Shown here in pieces: positions 9,201-16,419 of a DNA stretch of 32,000 nt. The stretch's first letter is position 1, and every line of letters begins with the position of its first letter. A model generated the notes under the pieces. The model was not told the DNA's origin, did no database searches, and saw only the letters and a program-made list of their open reading frames with translations. Position numbers and translations under genes: made by a program. The DNA comes from Hominifimenecus sp. rT4P-3 (GTDB lineage: Bacteria; Bacillota; Clostridia; Lachnospirales; Lachnospiraceae), in contig NZ_CP167068.1 in assembly GCF_051055405.1 (NCBI RefSeq), positions 466,791 to 498,790 of the forward strand, given 5' to 3'.

Positions 9201-9848
9201 CTAAAGCTGTAAAAATTTGTAGATATCTTTATTGGCGCCCAAAATCAAGATGGATTCATTTTCCTGAAAAACATGGCTGGTATTGGAAAGGGGTTCCAAG
9301 GTGTTTCCATATTTGATGGCTAGAATGCTGACATGGTATTTTTTGCGGACGTCCAGATCTAAAATCGTTCGACCGTACCAGGATTCGGGTACCGGCGTTT
9401 CGTAGATAGAGTGGTCGGGCGTCAACTCAATGTAGTCAAAGACATTGTCGCAGCTATATTTGACGGCGGCTCGGACGGCCATTTCCTTTTCCGCGTAGAC
9501 AACGTGATCCGCGCCGTTTCGCAGCAGTAGTTTTGCGTGAATGTCGCGGTTTGCCCTTGCCAGGATGACGGGAGCACCATAGTCTTTTAAAAGCACCGTG
9601 GTCTCCAGAGAACTTTGAAAGTTGTCGCCGATGGCTACGACGCAGAGGTCAAAGTTGCGTACGCCCAGGGATTCGATGAACTGCTCGTTGGTGCTGTCGC
9701 CTATCTGCGCGTTGGTGACATAGGGCAGGATTTCATTGACTCGTTCTTCATTCTGGTCAATAGCGAGAACTTCGTGCTTCAATTCCTGAAATTTGATTGC
9801 CATGTGCCGGCCAAAACGGCCGAGACCGATTAGTAAAATAGATTTCAT
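9201..9848 (-). CDS. ktrA: Potassium uptake system, NAD-binding peripheral subunit (KtrA/TrkA family)
   Basis: Rossmann motif ILLIGLGRFGRHMA (TrkA-N) plus a TrkA-C domain. The protein is 215 aa, and the RBS GGAGG lies 7 nt upstream. Confidence 0.88.
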   Translation of the reverse strand: MKSILLIGLGRFGRHMAIKFQELKHEVLAIDQNEERVNEILPYVTNAQIGDSTNEQFIESLGVRNFDLCVVAIGDNFQSSLETTVLLKDYGAPVILARANRDIHAKLLLRNGADHVVYAEKEMAVRAAVKYSCDNVFDYIELTPDHSIYETPVPESWYGRTILDLDVRKKYHVSILAIKYGNTLEPLSNTSHVFQENESILILGANKDIYKFLQL

Positions 9849-9867
9849 AAATAATCCTCCGAATAAA

Positions 9868-11211
9868 TTATCCTACGCTGATTTTTTCCTGGGGCATTTG
9901 AGACGGGGCAGGAGTGTGACCGCTGCTTACCGCATAAAGCATGGTCAGACCGCCTACTCGGCCAAAATACATAAGCGCGATAAGAATCAGGTGAGAAGGC
10001 AGGCTGAGCGTGCTGGTAATACCCAGGGACAGTCCAACGGTTCCAATGGCAGAAGCGCATTCAAAGAGTGCGTCTCGCAGGGAAATCCCATCGATCAGGC
10101 AGAGAAGAGCGCTGCCTGTCAGAAACAAGATGATGTATAAAGTAAGAAGCGTGACGGCGTTTCGCAGCGTTTCCGATGGAATCCGGCGGTGAAAGACTTC
10201 AATATTCGCTTGCTTTTTAAAAACGCTTCGCAGACAAAGCAATACAACGGCCAGAGACGTGGTCTTAAATCCTCCGGCGGTGGAGCCGGGCGAGCCGCCG
10301 ACAAGCATCAGCAAAATCAATAGAAGAAGGCTGACGCTGTGGAAGGCGGCCAGATTTACTGTATTAAAACCGGCAGTTCTTACCGTAACCGCTTGAAACA
10401 AAGAAGCCCATATGCGATCTAAAATTCCCATTCCCGCCCATTCTGGGCGGCTGAATTCGAAGAAAAAAAGGTATAGGCTGGGAAGAAGGATAAGGAGCAG
10501 GGAGGTAAAAAGAACCAACTTTGTCTGAAAGTGATAGCGATGGATATGCCACTTATTTTGCCGAATATCGCTCCACACATAAAAACCAATACCGCCGATT
10601 ACAATCAGCAGGATGATCGGCAGCTGAATCAGCGGGTCGGAAGCATAACCAGTTAAAGAGGAAAAGGGGGATTCTTTTCCCATCAGATCGAAACCGGCAT
10701 TGCAGAATGCGGAAATGGAATGGAAAATCGCATACCAGATGCCGGAAAGGCCCATTTTCGGACAAAAACGGATGGCCAAAATCAGGGCTCCGATACCTTC
10801 GAAGCAAAGGGTGGCGCGGAGAATAAAGCCGGTCATCCGGATAATCCCGCCCATCTGCGGGGCGGAGATGGATTCCTGCATAACGAAACGCTGCCGGAGA
10901 CCAATCTTTTTTCCGGAGATGATAAAGATCGCTACGGCCATGGTGACGACGCCCATGCCTCCGATTTGAATCAATAGAAGAATCACCGCCTGGCCAAAGA
11001 GCGACCAGTGCTGAAAAGTATCAAAGACAACCAGACCGGTTACACAAGTAGCAGACGTGGCCGTGAACAAAGCATCGGAAAAAGAAGTCATTTCGCCGCT
11101 TTTTGAGGAGATGGGAAGCATTAAAAGGAATGAACCGGTTAAGATCAAAATCAGAAATCCAAAGATGATGATTTGCGCCGGACGAATTCGACTCAGTTTT
11201 GAAAATGACAT
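9868..11211 (-). CDS. ktrB: Potassium uptake system, membrane subunit (KtrB/TrkH family)
   Basis: A polytopic membrane protein with repeated MPM pore-loop glycines (TATCVTGL, NAGFD, RTAGFN, TVGLS). I place the start at ATG 11211 (MSFSKLSR...), preceded by GGAGAAGGAGAA. The track's start at 11253 would overlap the upstream SDR gene. Confidence 0.88.
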   Translation of the reverse strand: MSFSKLSRIRPAQIIIFGFLILILTGSFLLMLPISSKSGEMTSFSDALFTATSATCVTGLVVFDTFQHWSLFGQAVILLLIQIGGMGVVTMAVAIFIISGKKIGLRQRFVMQESISAPQMGGIIRMTGFILRATLCFEGIGALILAIRFCPKMGLSGIWYAIFHSISAFCNAGFDLMGKESPFSSLTGYASDPLIQLPIILLIVIGGIGFYVWSDIRQNKWHIHRYHFQTKLVLFTSLLLILLPSLYLFFFEFSRPEWAGMGILDRIWASLFQAVTVRTAGFNTVNLAAFHSVSLLLLILLMLVGGSPGSTAGGFKTTSLAVVLLCLRSVFKKQANIEVFHRRIPSETLRNAVTLLTLYIILFLTGSALLCLIDGISLRDALFECASAIGTVGLSLGITSTLSLPSHLILIALMYFGRVGGLTMLYAVSSGHTPAPSQMPQEKISVG

Positions 11212-11228
11212 AAGAATTTCTCCTTCTC

Positions 11229-11966
11229 CTAAATCCAGCCTCCGTCCAGGCATATGACCTGGCCTGTCAAGTATTCATTTCCATCCGCCAACTGCCACGC
11301 CAGATGCGCGACCTCTTCCGGCGTACCCATGCGTCCCGACGGAATTTCTGCCAAGAGGTTCTGTCTTTCCTGGTCGGAAAGAAAATGATTCATATCCGTA
11401 TCAATAGCGCCGCAGGCAATGGCATTGACCTGAATCCCGCTGGGAGCCAGTTCTTTGGCTAAGGCTTTTGTCAAGGCGTTGATTCCGCCTTTGGTGGCAG
11501 AGTAGGCAACCTCGCAGGATGCGCCCACACATCCCCAGACGGAAGAAATATTGATGATTTTTCCAGAGTGATTCCAAATCATACTGGGAATCGCTTCTTT
11601 ACATAAGGAATAAACCGCGGTGAGATTGGTTCCGACGATGCACTGCCATTCGTCCCAAGAGGTGTCCTGGAGGAGGCCGATATGAGAAATACCGGCATTA
11701 TTCACGAGCACTTCGACGGTGCGTCCGGTTTCGCCGATGGTGTCAAAAAGCTGGCCGGCTGTCTGCCTTTCTGCCAGGTCTCCGGTAAAAAGGAGGCAGT
11801 GGACGCCGTGTTCTTTTGTGAGTTCTGCTTTTAGTTCCTCCAGAAGATCGGTATTCTTCTGACAAGTTAAAACCAGATCATAGCCGGAGGCGGCAAAACG
11901 TGCGGCGATTGCCCGGCCAATTCCGCGGGAAGCGCCGGTAATCAGTGCGGTTTTATTTTTCATCAT
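11229..11966 (-). CDS. Short-chain dehydrogenase/reductase (FabG-like); specific substrate unknown
   Basis: TGASRGIGRAIA cofactor motif, NNAG, and the catalytic S...YSATK. The protein is 245 aa and is the first gene of an apparent SDR-ktrB-ktrA operon. Confidence 0.85.
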   Translation of the reverse strand: MMKNKTALITGASRGIGRAIAARFAASGYDLVLTCQKNTDLLEELKAELTKEHGVHCLLFTGDLAERQTAGQLFDTIGETGRTVEVLVNNAGISHIGLLQDTSWDEWQCIVGTNLTAVYSLCKEAIPSMIWNHSGKIINISSVWGCVGASCEVAYSATKGGINALTKALAKELAPSGIQVNAIACGAIDTDMNHFLSDQERQNLLAEIPSGRMGTPEEVAHLAWQLADGNEYLTGQVICLDGGWI

Positions 11967-12015
11967 GAGATTCTCCTTAAGCTTTCATAAAATAGTATAG
12001 CATTGTAGGGATGTC

Positions 12016-12044
12016 TTGTATAGGGGAAAGAAAATTGGTATACT
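12016..12044 (+). promoter_or_regulatory. Candidate sigma-A promoter of trxB
   Basis: TTGTAT (12016-12021), a 17-bp spacer, then TGG-TATACT (extended -10; hexamer at 12039-12044). Confidence 0.5.
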
Positions 12045-12148
12045 AAAAAAGAACAAAGAATTTCCTATTAAACAAGAAAAACTTGGCGGCGATAACGCTG
12101 GGTAAAATGGAGTTTTGAAATCTAGGTTAGAAAATAAAGGAGAACAAA

Positions 12149-13066
12149 ATGTACGATTTGATTATTATTGGCTCTGGCCCTGCGGGCCTTGGAGCAGCGA
12201 TTTATGCGGAACGCGCGCAGCTAAATGCGATAACCATTGAAAAAGAGATGATGAGCGGGGGTCAGGTACTGACGACGTATTCTGTGGACAATTATCCTGG
12301 TTTTCCGGGGATCAACGGTTTTGATCTGGGGCTAAAATTGCGGGAGCATGCCGAGAGCCTTGGAGCACATTTTGTGGAGGATGAGGTCCAGGCCATTGGA
12401 GTAGAGGATGGAGTGAAACTGATTAAGTGCGCAAAGGAGACGTATGAGGCGAAGACATTGCTGATTGCCACGGGAGCCCGTCATCGAAAACTGGGGGTTG
12501 ACGGAGAAGAACGGCTGGGCGGTCGAGGGGTCAGCTACTGTGCGGTATGCGACGGAGCCCTTTATAAAAATCAGGTTACGGCTGTGGTCGGCGGAGGAGA
12601 TGTGGCTGTGGAGGATGCGATTTTTCTATCCCGCCTGTGCAAAAAAGTGTATTTGATCCACCGCAGAGATGAATTGCGGGCAGCAAAATCACTGCAAAAG
12701 CAGCTAGAGGCCTGTGAGAACATTGAAGTGTTGTGGGATACTGTCGTAGAAAAAATAAACGGGGAAGAGGTTGTCGAAAGCATAAATGTTAAGAACTTAT
12801 TACAAAATAAAGACGAAGTTTTACCGATAGATGGATTGTTTATCGCCGTAGGAATTTCTCCCAACAGCGATGTATTTTTGGATGTGGTGGAGATGGAACA
12901 CGGATATATTAAAGCAGGCGAGGACTGCGAAACAAGCGTTCCAGGAATCTTTGCCGCAGGCGACGTCAGGACAAAAGCGTTGCGCCAGATTGTAACTGCT
13001 GTGGCGGACGGAGCCAACGCGGTAGGGGCTGCAGAACGCTATTTGCGGGAACAAACCGCAAAATAG
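12149..13066 (+). CDS. trxB: Thioredoxin-disulfide reductase
   Basis: FAD motif IIIGSGPAGLGAAIY, redox-active CAVC, NADPH motif VVGGGDVAVEDA, and the C-terminal GDV...Q motif. The protein is 305 aa. Confidence 0.92.
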   Translation: MYDLIIIGSGPAGLGAAIYAERAQLNAITIEKEMMSGGQVLTTYSVDNYPGFPGINGFDLGLKLREHAESLGAHFVEDEVQAIGVEDGVKLIKCAKETYEAKTLLIATGARHRKLGVDGEERLGGRGVSYCAVCDGALYKNQVTAVVGGGDVAVEDAIFLSRLCKKVYLIHRRDELRAAKSLQKQLEACENIEVLWDTVVEKINGEEVVESINVKNLLQNKDEVLPIDGLFIAVGISPNSDVFLDVVEMEHGYIKAGEDCETSVPGIFAAGDVRTKALRQIVTAVADGANAVGAAERYLREQTAK

Positions 13067-13217
13067 GACGGAAAATCGTCGTTTCTTGAAGAAAATGCTG
13101 GAAGACTTATGACTGGAAATAAGGACAGAATATCTTGCTTTCTTAGGGAAATGTTTTTGGGAAAAGAAAAAACATGATAAAATTTAAGAATGTATGAAGA
13201 TGTTTATAAGAAATTTG

Positions 13218-13275
13218 AAATCCCATATCTTGGTGTTCAGGCGATGTCCTGGGAACGAGATATGGGATTTTTTGA
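13218..13275 (+). terminator. Rho-independent terminator downstream of trxB
   Basis: A 13-bp stem, AAATCCCATATCT (13218-13230) with AGATATGGGATTT (13258-13270), followed by a T-run. Confidence 0.6.
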
Positions 13276-13350
13276 CGAATAGAGGGGGAATTTGAAGCAA
13301 AATGGAAGGAATTGGAGGAGGGAAGAGCGGAAGAAAGTGAAGAAAAAGGG

Positions 13351-13379
13351 TTGACAGGCAGGGGGGCTTTTGTTATACT
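13351..13379 (+). promoter_or_regulatory. Sigma-A promoter of NlpC/P60 paralogue 1
   Basis: TTGACA (13351-13356), a 17-bp spacer, then TGT-TATACT (extended -10; hexamer at 13374-13379). Confidence 0.65.
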
Positions 13380-13390
13380 TATTTCAGATT

Positions 13391-13435
13391 TGTAACATTT
13401 GCGTAATAATTTGCAACAGTTAGGAGGTTTGTAAC
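13391..13435 (+). promoter_or_regulatory. Array of WalR-like hexamers in the leader of paralogue 1
   Basis: TGTAAC (13391), 5 nt, then CGTAAT (13402). TGCAAC follows at 13412 and TGTAAC at 13430. The first pair has one mismatch to TGTWAH-N5-TGTWAH. Confidence 0.35.
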
Positions 13436-13436
13436 T

Positions 13437-14906
13437 GTGGGAAAAAAGAAAATGGGAAAGCGGCTGTTGACAGGAGCCGCCTGCGTAGGAATTACGACGA
13501 CGATGTTTGCCAGCACGGTATTTGCTTCTCCGATTGGAAAGACGGAGATGAATGTCATCGGCGTGGCCGCTGCGCTTCCCAGCAATAAAACAAGTGAGAA
13601 AAAACAAAAGGAAACGAAAGTCGCTCCGCTGGCTGCTGCCGAAGTGGTTTCCCGTGTGACGGAGCCTACGGTTGCTCCGCTGGCCGCCGCCGCTGTGACG
13701 CCGGATGATGGAAATATAAGCGAGACAGAGCATGCCGCTGTGGAGGCTCTGCAGGCCAGACAGGCGGAGGAAGCGAATTCTCCCTATAAGGATGTGGCGA
13801 TCTCTCAGGTAGAGAATTATGTAAACATCCGTCAGGACCCGAATACGGAAGCCGAGATTCTGGGCAAGATTTATAACAACGCTGCCGCTACGATTTTGGA
13901 AACGGTAGAGCAAGAAGATGGCACTTGGTATAAGATCAAGTCCGGCTCCGTGGAAGGCTACATAAAATCCGATTACTTTGTGACGGGGACCGAAGCGGAA
14001 GAGATCGCACAGCAGGTGGGACATGTTACGGCTGAGATCAATACCGAGACTCTTCGCCTGCGCCAGGAGCCCAGTGCGGACAGCACGACCATTGATCTGC
14101 TTTCCGAGGGAGAGAAGTATACGGTAGAAGAGCAGGGCGATGAATTTACGAAGATCTCGCTCGACGGCGACAAAGAAGGATATGTACATAATGATTACAT
14201 CAACGTGGAAGTAAACTTCGATCAGGCGATCTCTGTGGAAGAAGAGCGGGCGCAGAAAGAAGAGGAAGCTCGCAGACAAAGAGAAGCAGAGGAAGCCGAG
14301 AGACGGTTAAGAGAGCAGCAGGAAGCAGAGGAACGCTCCAAGGCTGCGAAGAAGACCACTCAGGAAGAGACCACGAAAAAGCCGAAGAAGACCACTGCGG
14401 CTGAGGAAGAGACTACGAAGAAGCCGAAGAAGACCACCGAGGCCCAGGAGAACGGCGATTCGGAAGGAAATCAGAATCCCACAGAGGAGGAGAGAGAGCC
14501 GGAGACCGAAGCTACTGAGCAGGAGACGGAGGAAGAATCTTCCAATAGCGGTAATTCTGAAGTTCGGGATGCCATTGTGTCTTATGCTTTGACCTTTGTT
14601 GGAAATTTGGATTATGTATACGGTGGGACAAGCCTGACCAGCGGTGCGGACTGCTCCGGATTTATTCAGTCTATTTATAAGAAATACGGCGTTTCCTTGC
14701 CTCGTACTTCCGGCGAGCAGGGCAGTTCGGGACATAAAGTCAGCTCCGATAACATGCAGCCAGGCGATATCGTCCATTATAGCGGCCATGTAGCGATTTA
14801 CATTGGCGACGGCCAAGTGGTGCACGCATCGAGCCCGACGGCTGGCGTAAAGATTTCGAAGTGGAATTACCGTTCGGTAATCAGTATCCGTAACGTGATT
14901 GATTAA
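13437..14906 (+). CDS. Secreted cell-wall endopeptidase: signal peptide, 2x SH3b, charged ER/K linker, C-terminal NlpC/P60
   Basis: Signal peptide ending FASPIG. Two SH3_3-like repeats (YVNIRQDPNTEAEILGKIY..., LRLRQEPSADSTTIDLL...). NlpC/P60 catalytic Cys/His are present (DCSGFIQSIY, GHVAIYIGDGQVVHAS). The GTG start at 13437 lies 9 nt after AGGAGG; ATG 13452 is an alternative. Confidence 0.88.
   Translation: MGKKKMGKRLLTGAACVGITTTMFASTVFASPIGKTEMNVIGVAAALPSNKTSEKKQKETKVAPLAAAEVVSRVTEPTVAPLAAAAVTPDDGNISETEHAAVEALQARQAEEANSPYKDVAISQVENYVNIRQDPNTEAEILGKIYNNAAATILETVEQEDGTWYKIKSGSVEGYIKSDYFVTGTEAEEIAQQVGHVTAEINTETLRLRQEPSADSTTIDLLSEGEKYTVEEQGDEFTKISLDGDKEGYVHNDYINVEVNFDQAISVEEERAQKEEEARRQREAEEAERRLREQQEAEERSKAAKKTTQEETTKKPKKTTAAEEETTKKPKKTTEAQENGDSEGNQNPTEEEREPETEATEQETEEESSNSGNSEVRDAIVSYALTFVGNLDYVYGGTSLTSGADCSGFIQSIYKKYGVSLPRTSGEQGSSGHKVSSDNMQPGDIVHYSGHVAIYIGDGQVVHASSPTAGVKISKWNYRSVISIRNVID
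14361..14444 (+). repeat. 2 x 42-nt in-frame tandem repeat inside the linker of paralogue 1
   Basis: GAAGAGACCACGAAAAAGCCGAAGAAGACCAC(T) at 14364-14396 recurs with 3 substitutions at 14406-14438. It encodes EETTKKPKKTT twice. Confidence 0.8.
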
Positions 14907-14923
14907 TTTTTTGAGTGAATGCG

Positions 14924-14953
14924 CTCCCCAGCTTGACAAGCTGGGGAGTTTTT
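14924..14953 (+). terminator. Rho-independent terminator of paralogue 1
   Basis: Perfect 12-bp arms CTCCCCAGCTTG (14924-14935) and CAAGCTGGGGAG (14937-14948), followed by TTTTT. Confidence 0.75.
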
Positions 14954-14961
14954 GTTATGAT
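14933..14961 (+). promoter_or_regulatory. Sigma-A promoter of NlpC/P60 paralogue 2 (-35 embedded in the upstream terminator hairpin)
   Basis: TTGACA (14933-14938), a 17-bp spacer, then TGT-TATGAT (hexamer at 14956-14961). Confidence 0.6.
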
Positions 14962-14972
14962 TATGTCGTAAT

Positions 14973-14989
14973 TGTAATAAATTTGTAAT
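14973..14989 (+). promoter_or_regulatory. Perfect WalR-type direct repeat TGTAAT-N5-TGTAAT
   Basis: TGTAAT (14973-14978), AAATT, then TGTAAT (14984-14989). It starts 12 bp after the -10 hexamer. Extra hexamers lie at 14967 (CGTAAT) and 15004 (TGTAAA). Confidence 0.45.
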
Positions 14990-15037
14990 GAGATGACATT
15001 ATTTGTAAAATAAAAGTACTTTTTGGAGGAACCCGGC

Positions 15038-16354
15038 TTGAGCGATTGGATGAGAAGATGGGGATTAACCGGATTTTGTGCGATGCTGGTGATGGCGATG
15101 GGACCGAGTGCGGCATTTGCTGCTCCAGAGGACGAGGAGTTGGAAGTGATCGGCGCGGCTGCTGTGCCTCGCGCCAGCTACAGCCGTACGATAGCTCCGG
15201 TGGGAGCGGCAGTTTCTTTTTCAAAAATTGATCGTGTTGCTCTTCCGGAAAGGGAAGTGGACGAGCATGCTTCTGTGAAAGCCTACGAAGAGCGGAAAGC
15301 AGAAGTAGAAGAGGCATATAAGAATGTGGCGATCTCTCAGGTCGAGAACTATGTAAATATTCGTAAGGACGCCAACACGGAGGCGGAAGTTCTCGGAAAG
15401 ATCTATAACAATGCCGCCGCTACGATTGAGGAGACTGTCGAGAAAGAGGACGGCACCTGGTATAAAGTAAAATCCGGAAGTGTGGAAGGCTTTATTAAAG
15501 CGGAATACTTTGCGACCGGAGCGGAAGCGGAAGCTTTGGCAAAACAGGTGGGAAGAGTCAGCGGTACGGTGACGACGGAGACTTTGCGTTTGCGCGAGGA
15601 GCCCAGTTTGGACAGCGCGACCCTTACGCTTTTGTCTGCGGATGAGAAATATGCGATTACCGAGGAGACCGGGAACTTTGTAAAGTTGTCGATTGATACG
15701 GATTTGGCGGGATATGTTTGCAAGGATTATGTGGAGGTTCATATCGATTTCGATCAGGCAATCTCCCTTGAGGAAGAGAGAGCAGAGCAGGAGCGCTTAG
15801 AACGCTTGCGCAGAGAAGCGGAGGAAGAGCAGGAACGTCTCCGCAAGGAGAAAGAATCGGAATCCAGAGCAAAAGCCTCCAGCAAAGCAGCAAAGAAGAC
15901 GACGGAAGCCAAAGAAACCACCAAGAAGAAGAAACCTTCTTCCAGCACTGAGAAGAAAGAGACCACAAAGAAGCAGGAAGCCCCGAGCAGCGACGGCTCC
16001 GTATCTTCCACCAGAAAAGCAATCGTTGCCTATGCGGAATCCTTTGTTGGAAACCTGGATTATGTATATGGTGGAAACAGCCTGAGCAGCGGTGTGGATT
16101 GCTCCGGTTTTGTACAGCAGATTTATTCAAAATATGGCGTCAGTCTTCCGAGATCTTCCGGGGATCAGGCAGGCGCAGGCCATTCTGTCAGCTCCAGCGA
16201 CATGAAGCCCGGAGATATCATTTACTATGGCGGTCATGTAGCGATTTATATAGGCGACGGCTGCGTGGTACATGCCTCCTCGCCGGAGACTGGAATTAAG
16301 ATTTCCAGTTGGAATTACCGGACGCCGAAGAGCATTCGAAATGTATTGGATTGA
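15038..16354 (+). CDS. Secreted cell-wall endopeptidase, paralogue 2 (signal peptide, 2x SH3b, ER/K linker, NlpC/P60)
   Basis: Same architecture as 13437-14906, and highly similar by eye through the SH3b and P60 domains (DCSGFVQQIY, GHVAIYIGDGCVVHAS). The TTG start at 15038 lies 7 nt after GGAGGA; ATG 15050 is an alternative. The track's start at 15023 overlaps the RBS. Confidence 0.88.
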   Translation: MSDWMRRWGLTGFCAMLVMAMGPSAAFAAPEDEELEVIGAAAVPRASYSRTIAPVGAAVSFSKIDRVALPEREVDEHASVKAYEERKAEVEEAYKNVAISQVENYVNIRKDANTEAEVLGKIYNNAAATIEETVEKEDGTWYKVKSGSVEGFIKAEYFATGAEAEALAKQVGRVSGTVTTETLRLREEPSLDSATLTLLSADEKYAITEETGNFVKLSIDTDLAGYVCKDYVEVHIDFDQAISLEEERAEQERLERLRREAEEEQERLRKEKESESRAKASSKAAKKTTEAKETTKKKKPSSSTEKKETTKKQEAPSSDGSVSSTRKAIVAYAESFVGNLDYVYGGNSLSSGVDCSGFVQQIYSKYGVSLPRSSGDQAGAGHSVSSSDMKPGDIIYYGGHVAIYIGDGCVVHASSPETGIKISSWNYRTPKSIRNVLD

Positions 16355-16363
16355 TCTAAGATA

Positions 16364-16400
16364 AAACAAAAAAGAGAGCGTATACTCTCTTTTTTGTTTT
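16364..16400. terminator. Bidirectional rho-independent terminator between paralogue 2 and adh
   Basis: AAAACAAAAAAGAGAG (16364-16378) pairs with CTCTCTTTTTTGTTTT (16385-16400), giving A/T runs on both sides of the stem. Confidence 0.75.
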
Positions 16401-16419
16401 CCTAGTAATCTGGCCGCTT

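Noticed and set aside
13109-13175. Small ORF (about 21 aa, MTGNKDRISCFLREMFLGKEKT) in the long trxB 3' region
   Set aside because: It has no clear SD and I cannot assess its conservation. I noted it only because the trxB terminator lies about 150 nt past the stop codon.
13279-13350. Purine-rich tract (AGAGGGGGAATTTGAAGCAAAATGGAAGGAATTGGAGGAGGGAAGAGCGGAAGAAAGTGAAGAAAAAGGG) upstream of the paralogue 1 promoter, including a 12-codon ORF
   Set aside because: The mini-ORF has no convincing RBS context and stops after 12 codons. I cannot assign the tract a function. It may be an upstream promoter element or a remnant of linker-like sequence.
13067-13436. c-di-AMP (ydaO-type) riboswitch upstream of the NlpC/P60 genes, and upstream of ktrB at 11212-11228
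   Set aside because: The predicted leaders are only about 50-70 nt, AT-rich, and lack the paired pseudo-symmetric GC-rich helices expected for that class. The ktrB gene follows the SDR gene by only 17 nt, which leaves no room for a riboswitch.
13143-14939. Long antisense ORFs (378 aa at 13143-14279, 210 aa at 14307-14939) opposite NlpC/P60 paralogue 1, and similar ones (15221-16130) opposite paralogue 2
   Set aside because: They are artefacts of the stop-poor reverse complement of the purine-rich GAA/GAG/AAG coding strand. The products are low-complexity Leu/Ser/Arg/Phe strings, and the sense-strand proteins have clear domains.
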